A DNA stretch of 58,314 bases, the filler included, from Bipalium vagum (lineage: Eukaryota): assembly GCA_037834085.1 (NCBI GenBank). It is 3 parts of 3 records of this genome, joined end to end, with 100 filler letters (N's around TTAATTAATTAA, not from the genome) between each part and the next. Parts side by side here need not be neighbours in the genome. Positions count along the whole stretch, not along the records: positions 42,722 to 58,314 come from JBBMKC010157673.1; 2 more parts are not named here. One strand, written 5' to 3'. Below, in pieces: positions 49,016 to 58,314 of this stretch (its first letter is position 1; the number at the start of each line of letters is the position of its first letter). Under the pieces are notes generated by a model that did not search any database, was not told where the DNA came from, and worked only from the letters and a program-made list of their open reading frames with translations. A program made the translations under genes and the position numbers.

Positions 49016-49949
49016 AATAAAAAAATTATTGATCTTGGAAGTAATAAAAAGTTTATTAATAATTTTTATTTATTTTGTATAATAAAACAAAATGTTTTTA
49101 GTAGAAACATGTTTGTCTGAATCAGATTTTGAAAATGACCTTTCGTAACTGATGTCCGTCAGAACTTCAACAATTTCTTTCTTTTTGACATTGTTCCTAT
49201 TCCTGGCCTAATTTCATAATTTTTGTTTCATTTGTTGTAAATCTATAAAAAATCCTACATTCAATGCAGACCAAAAATAAAAATAGATAATTTAAAATTC
49301 CAGGGTCTCATGGGCCACAGAAAAATTAATTTTTATCTTATTATTCGTTGTTTGAATCGATATCTAAAATAAGCTGTATTCTAGTTATAAAGTTATTGAA
49401 ATAATATTAACATAGTTTTTAATCCATACTTGCTTGTCTTTAGTTTCAAGATCAAGAATAAAGTTTCTGAATGATTTACGAATATATATCACCACTTACA
49501 ATGAAGGAATTCAATTCTTTTATTACAGACTAATATATCGATAATTTTGCATCTAAAGAGGAGCAATAAAGTAGATAAAACAAAGGTAAAGTTATCTTTA
49601 TTACTACACAGATCTTATTGTACTTAATCCTGTTAGACACGATCTATTCTGATATAATAGATCTTCATATCAGAAAATGATTAAAAATCAACCATATAAT
49701 TCATAATCCTAATTCCACGCTCCACCTTCATCAAGATAGTCCACCTTCTGATGAGGTTGAGAAATATGAAGGAAGATTTTCAGATAAATGTCAGACCTAT
49801 AATGAGAGCTTAGATTTCCTGGTACAGATAATCCATGAGATGTTTAGATTTTAGCAATATATAGGGAAAATTCTGAAACATTTCAAATGTCAAATGATCA
49901 TCAATAAATTTTATTAAACAGGTACAAAAGGAAATTTATTTCTCATATT

Positions 49950-50732
49950 AACTTGGAAACTGCCACAAGACATGATCGTACCGATAAAAATGTTAGTATT
50001 TATCCGTATTCTATTTTATTTATAATTTTGATAAATGTCATTCAGATGATTCCCGTTTGGTTTCAAGTAAGTATAAAGCAAGAGATGTCTCATCCTCAGT
50101 AACAATATTATTAATAAATGTATCACCGTATTGATTCAACAGTTGCAAATTTGACAATGTACAGTTGAGGCGCATTTCCTTCAATGTCAGTAGACAGAAA
50201 CTTTGGAAAAAACCGTGAGCATAAGTTGCGATCGCCTAATTTTCAAATGATGTTGTGACAACTGCCAACACTTATTTTAAGTAATTTAGCAATTTCACCC
50301 ACCTTAATTCGTCTTTCACCTAGAATAATCACCTCACATTGTGTAATTTTCTAATCGGAAATTTCAGTTGGTCTGCCAACATTAGAATAATTCTGGTGCA
50401 CACTTTCACGGCCATGTTAGATAAATGATATCCAACAATATTATGTTGATCTAGAAGGACATTTTTTGCCATATGCAATTGCCATATCAAGAAATATTAC
50501 ATCAGAGGACTTCTTTAAAAGCATTTAGAATTTTATCACACTTCTGTATTTCACCTCATCCATTTGACAAAAAATGAAATGTGAGTTAGTTTATGAACTG
50601 TACGTCAGCCAATCAGATTATGTAATTTATACATATAAACAAACATACGTGTAGGTGTTCAAGCCAATTGGCTGGATTGGTTTATTATGTTTTTTCTTAG
50701 TCAGTCCGAGGCATTATTGAACGAACCACGTA
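49950..50732 (-). mobile_element. Mariner 5' half
   Basis: TIR tacgtggttcgttcaataatgcctcggactg; NLCSRFFPKFL; FINNIVTEDETSLALYLLETKRESSE. Confidence 0.82.
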
Positions 50733-50849
50733 CTCAGGTATGAAAGTGGATGGTAGAGAGTCAAGATAAAAGGAAATTCTAGTTATTTTACAATAAAAAA
50801 GGTATGATTCAATGTTTGTTTAGGATATCCAGTGGATATATAAGCCTTT

Positions 50850-52400
50850 CAGTTACATACAATTAGAGTATCAAAGCCGAATACGATTTATTTCTGTTGG
50901 CAAGACCTAATATAACATGAGGATTTTTCCTCTTGGATTTTGTCATTATTGTTTGTACGTAAAATGGATTTTTGTTGGCTAGTAATGGAGTGTTTACAAA
51001 TATTTTTTCAATCAGTGTAAGATCTTCGTTTTCCAGATAATCTTTTTGACTTTTAGATGAGGTATTTTATCGGTTGTGAACTCGCTAATTTTTTTGTACA
51101 TTTTTTTCCTGGCCATATAATGTAAAAATTTGTACACTAAAATGATATTTCTGTCATTGTGTATTTGTAGTTTTATTAAATTCGTTAATCGATTGTTTTC
51201 GGATATGCTATTGCAGTGATTGCGAATAGTGTTTAAAAAATTGTTAAGAGATTTTGAAAAATTTTCTGATAAATTATCTGAGGCTGTTTGGAGTTCCAAT
51301 ATTATTCCCCCTCTGTTTTATCTCGATTTAACCATATATTTACACCATATAACTTATCTTTATAGAATATCGTTTTAAGATTGCTAATGTTTAGAATCTC
51401 ATTTTTTCATTTTATGCATATTTTTCTGGTCAGAAACGGTAAATGATTCTATGCAGAATTTTTTCATTCATTGGTTTACGTCTCTCATTTTTATATTGAG
51501 AGAAAATACGACTATCTTCGAGAAAGGTCCTGGTCTGCTAAGAAGAACATTTTGGAAGGATGTCTTCCGCAATCTAGATTATAAGTCATATTTCATAAAT
51601 TTGAAAAATGTCTGTGTGCCATTGGTTTGCAATGTACAAAAAGACCAGAATATGAATGGGGTATTTTGACACAATTCACACATCCATACAAAGTCAAATA
51701 TTTTACTGATTTGTATTGATTACTTAACTGAAAACATTGGCAAGAATGTAATAAAGATTCATCAAACTTGCAATTTTGGGCTCCTTGCATGCTGATATGT
51801 CATGAAAACAAATATACCATTCTTTGATAAAATAGATTTACTTTTGTCGAATGTGTAACCCTTTAACGAAAACTATTTCTCTTAAAACCAATAATCAAAT
51901 GAGTCGATATTAGATACACATTTCAACTATTGTTAGTGACTTTGAAAGAAAGAGAAAATTATTCGTCGTTGCGACAGAAGAAGGTTTTACAGTATACCAC
52001 AGGTTTTTGAACAAGTTCCATCAACATAACTTTGTCTATGAAAACTCATGCCAATTATGTAAAATACAAGTAATGAGTCGAATCTTTAATAAACGGTTAA
52101 ACAATCTTTCGAATAGAAGATTCTAAAACCGAATTGATTTTTCCCATGAAAATAGTATTGTCCTAGTCACCTAAAATAGGCAGTGAGATGAACAACTAGC
52201 TCCAGCTCTACACAGAAATCGTTTCAACGGAATTCTTATGAGAATTTTACCATTTGTGTTAAATGATCGAGCTGAACATCGAATTATCTTTACAAAACCC
52301 AGCGCTGGTTTACAACTAATAGTTTAAACATTTGAAAATTTCACGATGTCAAAGCTCTCGTGTCAAGAATCCAGAGTTTCGTCGCCTTTCCCTCTATCTG
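50850..52400 (-). mobile_element. Possible very old LINE (APE-RT, L1/Tx1-like) remnant
   Basis: Weak fragments only: TIFMGKINS, SNID, GAQNCKFDESLL (cf. G...WKLN.SLL) and KAY. Confidence 0.3.
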
Positions 52401-55400
52401 TCTTTTGGTGAAACCTTTAGATGGGGGAAGAGCAGGTGAACATGCTCTTATATTTACAGGACTACTTCAAGAAAAGCTTAAAATTCAAAGATCGGTCGCA
52501 ATTTTAATACTTTTTTTGATTCCATTTTCAAAAAAAAATGTTAAAATACATTCAAGGAACCTTTTAACCAAATGCTACTACTTCTTTTATTATTTCCAAT
52601 CAAAAAACTTGGTAGAACGATAATTCTTAAAAACGTAAATTTCTTAAAATAAATAGAGAATATTATTTATTATTAATTATAGAATATTATTTTTTAATTA
52701 TTTTTAGAGAAAATAAAAAATATTATTATTATTAGTCTACTTTCAATTATAATTAATTTGTTTGAATTGTGAAAAAATAGTAATGTCTTTCTTGTTAATT
52801 TTCATTCTTTAAATTGGTCATTGAAAGAGTATTTGCCTTTATTTATTAAGGTTTTTTATATATTTATTTAATTTAATAATATTGATTGTTAAATAAATGT
52901 CAAATAATTTTCAATTTTTGCACTGTCAAATCAATTATATTAATTTTAGTCAAGTACCGGAGCTGGAAAATTGTTATGGTAAAATATTTCGTTGTTCAGA
53001 TTAGGAATTTTTAATTTTTTTAGGAATTAAGCCGATTATATTAAATAAAATTATTTTTTGTAAATATTATTAAATGATAAATGCCTTAATAAAAATTACA
53101 TTACAATGGTTTTTTTAATTGTAGAGGAAGAAATAAAAACTACAAATGGTAATCACTTGTTAAGTGATAGTCTTATTTTCGCATCTTTTACCATTTTGTT
53201 AAGAATGAATTCTGTAAAATATAATAATAATAATTTTTGTGCAATGTTAACTCAATTGACTGACCATTTTCTAAGTTGGGAAATAATATTGATCTGGTTG
53301 AAGGACACCCTACAATATCGCTCTAATTTGATTTGTTTCTTCTGTCAGTTTGTGCTAGCGCATTGGATTATTTAGTTTGGTATATTCAGTTAAATTACCG
53401 CAAAATTTAGTAAATATTATTAAAACAACTTCCGATTAATTATTCTTGAAATAAAAGAATCATTTGATTTTATAATAATGCAGAACTTTTCACCAACCAA
53501 ATACAAAATTTTGTTAGTTTCATTAACATTACTATACATAAAACTTGGTGTAAATTTAAGAGGGGTATATAGATATTTCTCAGCTATTGTAAGATTAATA
53601 TTGACTTCGATCTTTTACGTAAGTGGTGTATTTCATTAAGTCATTTCTCATTTGATTATGTCAATGTTGAAATCAATAAAGTCACTACTGCATATGATAA
53701 AATGAATATTTTTTTCTAAACGTTAAGATTATATTAAATTAGAGACAGTTTGCTTCATAAAATTTATTACTATCAATTATTATTACAATTTCACCAATAT
53801 CTGATTGGTTTAGACATAGCAGTATATTGAGATAATACACATTACAATCAACGGATGTAATTTCATGATATTGTTAATTTCCTAAAAAGAGGGTTGGTTT
53901 TAAAAGACTTAACTCTGCTTTTAGGTCACTTAACAAAGTATGTGCTATCAGAAGAAATTACGGATGAAAGTTGAAGCACTATAATAATCACTGACACAAT
54001 GTAAAAATTTATCAAAAGGAATAAATTTTTAAAATAAAATATTTATTGAGAAATCGGTTTATAACAATGTTATAATGACAAATTGAAAATAAGATTTTAG
54101 GCTGAATGAATCAGAATCTTTAAACACTGACTTAGCCTAGTGCGTTAAAGCCATCAGGAAGTTTGCCAGCTAAAAATTTAATTAATCAACGGTAAAGCAC
54201 CGAGTATTTATTTATAAGGAGACAATTAATTGAAAAATTCACGCCAATCGGTTAAGATTGCGCAAACTGTGTTTAATAAAATACTAAGAAAATATTCAAA
54301 GCTTCTGTGCTCACAGAGTTTAAATAATCTTATAAAAGAAATTATAATAAATATTAAAATATTCACCTAATATTCGTATCGATCTGGCAATATCCAATTG
54401 TCTCTCACCTGAATGTGGATCGTAATTTGGTCTCTGTTTTCTAGTTTTAAGCGTCCCTTTTATACTATTATCTTTTGTTTTTGTAACCTGATTCTACCTT
54501 CGTTGTGGAATTTGTAGACTGACCTGATTTGGAATTTGAATAATGAATTGTAATTTGATTTATGTCTCGCGTTGTTATTTGGATAGTGATATGACCCTTG
54601 TTTATTTTACCGATATGACTATTCTCGTTTTTCGTTCGAATGTTGACCTTCTCTATTAGTCTTTCTCTGTGGGATTTATCTGGTTGTTTGCGAGTATTTT
54701 TATGTTCTCTTATTTTGTGAACTCAGGTATGTCTTTTATACTATATATTTTTATATGTTTTTATTTTTAGTAACTTATAAGTTTCTTTTAATATCATTTA
54801 ATATATTTTATTTTCCTAAAATAAGCTTTATTATTCCTATTATGTATACTTTTCTATTTTTAGTAACTTTACGATTACCAATTTTAGTTTTTTACTAATT
54901 TTTATATTTTAACGAAATATTTCCTAATAATAATGATAATTATTTAAAAAGGGATTTACTGATCATCAGCTTTAAATCTGTTACATAAAAATAAAATGTA
55001 AAATCATAATATTTATTGATCACCAAAATCAAGGATGAAATGTTTTCATAAAAGCACAATCAGTAAACAGCAAAATGTTTATTATCATAACCATTAAAAG
55101 TATCAATGAAATGTTTATTGTGGGATGCTCCACAATATGAAATATTAATTTGATTTTTCAGTTGAATCTTGTTTGTGTTTCCACTTTCCAAAACAGGTTT
55201 CGATTGGATTTAGAAACAAGACGATGGTGACATGGAATCCTTCAAAATTCAGTTGCCTATAATAGATAGCCAATATAGGGGAGTCAAGATTAATATCGTT
55301 AAAGTAGAATTAACTAATAAAAACTTGAAAAATTTTCTCTAAGATTAACAAATTTAAACATTTTCAAACTATACCGCTTTGATCAGAATGCAATTATATT

Positions 55401-58314
55401 TCAGTGCATTTCGTTTGGCTTCATTGTTCTTGCCAGTACGGGTTGTTTTTTGGCATAAAATCCAGAATTATTTCTTTTTTTAATTATACCGAAGTTAAAT
55501 ATTAGTTAGTTTTACAGTCAAACCATCAAAATAGTGAACAATGTCATTAGTGAACATTTCTTTTAGTGAACAAAACTTTTGAAATTTAAAAAAAATCCAT
55601 AGTAAAGATGTAGTTCATTAGTAAAGAATTATTAAATACGAGAATTATGAACAATGAAAGTATTTTTATTTAAAATATTAAATGTCTTAGTAATTTGTTT
55701 AAATATTATCATCACTAATGAATAACAAAACGAAAAAATTATGCTTTCCAACTAAATGCAGAAATGGCTGCCAATTTAAAAAAAGAAAAAACAGAGAATC
55801 TTGGATGCAATGAGCAACATATCTGTTGGCCTGGTAAACAAATTAATCAATTCTGATGAAAATGCCTTAAATATAGGAAACATGAATAAACAACGCAATG
55901 TACTTTTAACTAAAACCATGGCCATTGAACCTATTCAGTGGCGATATTTTAAAACGTAATGCTTTATATATTTCCCAAGTATCTTTTTTCCTCTAAATCC
56001 TTCCGTTGAAAATTTATTTGGTAAACTCTTAATTTAGGTCTTTACACTACCATTCTATATTTCTGATCCTTTAAAATCATAACCTAGATTCTAAATTTCT
56101 GTAAAACGTTTCTATCTTGAACTAATAAAATCTTATTGGTAACAAAACTTTGAGTATTTATTAATTTAATTTTTTCTAAAAGTTATTCACAACTCCTTAG
56201 GTCAGATTTTTTATGTCAATTCATTCCAGCCCAGTCATGTATAGATTTCACAAAGTGGAATCGTTCCTATCAGTAGACTACTTCACGAATTAACTGAGGG
56301 AATCTAGAAATAACAATCTCAAGATTAATTAGTCAAAATATAGATACTGTTCCCAACCAATACTCCTTATACCTCGACGTATTCTGTGTAGTAATAGAGA
56401 AAATTATTGTTATTATGCCAAAGATGACCCTTCATGTGTAACAGCAGAATATGTCTGTCTGATCCTCTTCGTCGTTATGGGAGATTATCGAATTAATATT
56501 CTAAATGAAACTCAATTTATAAAGGATTCATAAAATATAAAAATATATAACAAATTTTACATCTCTCCACAAAAGTTTTGAAAAATACTTCTGTCCAAAA
56601 CTAATACATCTTCTCAACTCTATGGATCTTATTAAACCCCATAGATGAAGGTCTGTGATACCTGTTCCGAGTTCAGATATCAATATTCAGGTAATATTGA
56701 AAGCAGATAAAAACAATAAATGATTTTAAAAATTTCAGTGATAAAATATTGATTAATTTTTGTAACGACTTCTCCATTTTTAAATAAAAATAGTGCCAAT
56801 CTGATTTTAAATGATATTCAACGAATATGTAAAGTTTTGATTTCTGTTTTATTCTGATTTGAAATTTATTTAATATTTTTAAAATCAAATGATTAAAATT
56901 ATAACCATTGTGTGAAGCCACCTAATATTGATACAATTGATATTTAAAATGATTTTTATAAATAAATACGTACAACTGAGGCCTTTTCCAAGTACTTATT
57001 TTTATTTTTTATCTTGTGACCAGGCTGTCTTCAGTTGTCCATCAAGGACTATTAATGAGTGAACCGAAGAGGTTTAGCTAATAGTCCCGAAATCTCAGAA
57101 GGATAAGTTGTGGTAAGAACATATAGCATAAAATTACCCAAAAAAAGATAATTTATCTTTTCAAAGATAATAAGGATTGTTAATAACAAGTTAAGGAAAT
57201 TTAAGTGGTATAAAGACAATTTTAAGAATTATCAAGATGGTTCTAGCTCAATCATCATATTCAAGAGTTATACTAAAATAGTATATAAAGAGAGATTTTC
57301 AGTGTTCGAGCAACAGAAAGAAAAAAGCGTTAATTGATACAAAAGAGGAAAACGCTATTATTACAGGTATGCTATGAATCTTTTTGTGGATTTTGTTCGA
57401 GTTCCCTATTAGATAGCAATTTTTGAGGAACTGCAAGGGCTTGGGAATCTCTACAGAGGTTATCTCATAAGGTATTTTTCTTATTTATTTTTCATTTTTC
57501 TAATAAATCTTTTTTTTAACTTATTTAATTAATAATTATTTTATAATAATTAATCCTCGTACCTATTTGACAATTTGGTGGTTCCTATTAAATTCCTATT
57601 ATTGTTATTTTTACTCTTTTTGACGATTTGATAAATTGTTATCGTTGTTTTCTTGCGAGTACCATTTGTACATTGTTACACATTATTGTTTTTCAAATTC
57701 TTGTAAATTCTGATTCAGCCTAAATTCGAGATATTTAATATTGAACACATTTTTGTAATCTTCTGTTTTAATTTGTTTTGCTCAACAATATTTAAGATTA
57801 TAAACAATTGATCTATTTTTGGTAACTTTGAATATTAATTATTTATCTTTTTTTCTAATAACTCGAAAAATTATTATCATGTCATTACTCGCGTTTGATT
57901 GATTCAAGAATCGTTAGTTATTCTTATCAAACATTTTATTGATAATTTGTTAATTGATATCATTGATATATCCGTTTATGAGCTGCCATTATATTGTGAT
58001 AATAAATCGCAAGTAAACTTTATTCTTGTGAGGCTATATATACATATAATGTTCTAGACGTTAAAGAAAGTGAAATATGAAAAAAGAAAATCTTAATTTC
58101 AACACGAATGAAAAAATTATGAAAAATCAAAAATTAATAAAAATTTCTACTTTATTAATATACGTGGTCCGCCCAATAAATAGTGAGACTCATAGAATGG
58201 TGTAAAGGAAAAGTCTGTAATTATGTATATTAATACAAATATACACTCTTTGACAAAATTATTTGCCCATTGTATATTAGAATGAATATTACTTTATATT
58301 TTGTCATCATTATG

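Noticed and set aside
1-58314. Prokaryotic systems (CRISPR array, operon, defence island, prophage)
   Set aside because: Spliceosomal introns, animal genes and eukaryotic TEs occur throughout, and there is no repeat-spacer array.
52400-58314. Short ORFs of 60-90 aa in AT-rich DNA here and elsewhere
   Set aside because: Low-complexity F/I/K/L/N composition expected by chance, with no motifs or consistent splice structure.

Overview
This is eukaryotic (animal) nuclear DNA, very AT-rich and dense in decayed transposons. An invertebrate such as a triclad flatworm is plausible but cannot be established from the sequence. Two identical artificial spacers (N44-TTAATTAATTAA-N44) split the window into three probably unrelated pieces: 1-22393, 22494-42621 and 42722-58314. 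Four spliced host genes can be reconstructed by hand: a secreted F-type (fucose-binding) lectin (317-854, +), nucleolar protein 6/Utp22 (NOL6, -), the last four exons of a cGMP-dependent protein kinase (30883-38834, -) and the last three exons of a TRPC-type channel (45244-48070, +). Most other sequence is remnants of mariner, Tc1, DD41D-like, DD37E, pogo, piggyBac, Gypsy and non-LTR elements. The most unusual object is NOL6. Its 3' two-thirds splice cleanly into a 685-aa ORF through 43-57-nt introns. GC falls from about 48% to about 12% towards the 5' end, in introns as well as exons. The N-terminal roughly 400 codons appear still present and in order, but broken by stops and frameshifts that often lie in A/T runs. 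Inside that region is a 244-bp TG...CA element with a 6-bp target duplication that carries a tRNA-Ala-derived Pol III promoter. All alignments were made by eye against remembered sequences; no searches were run.
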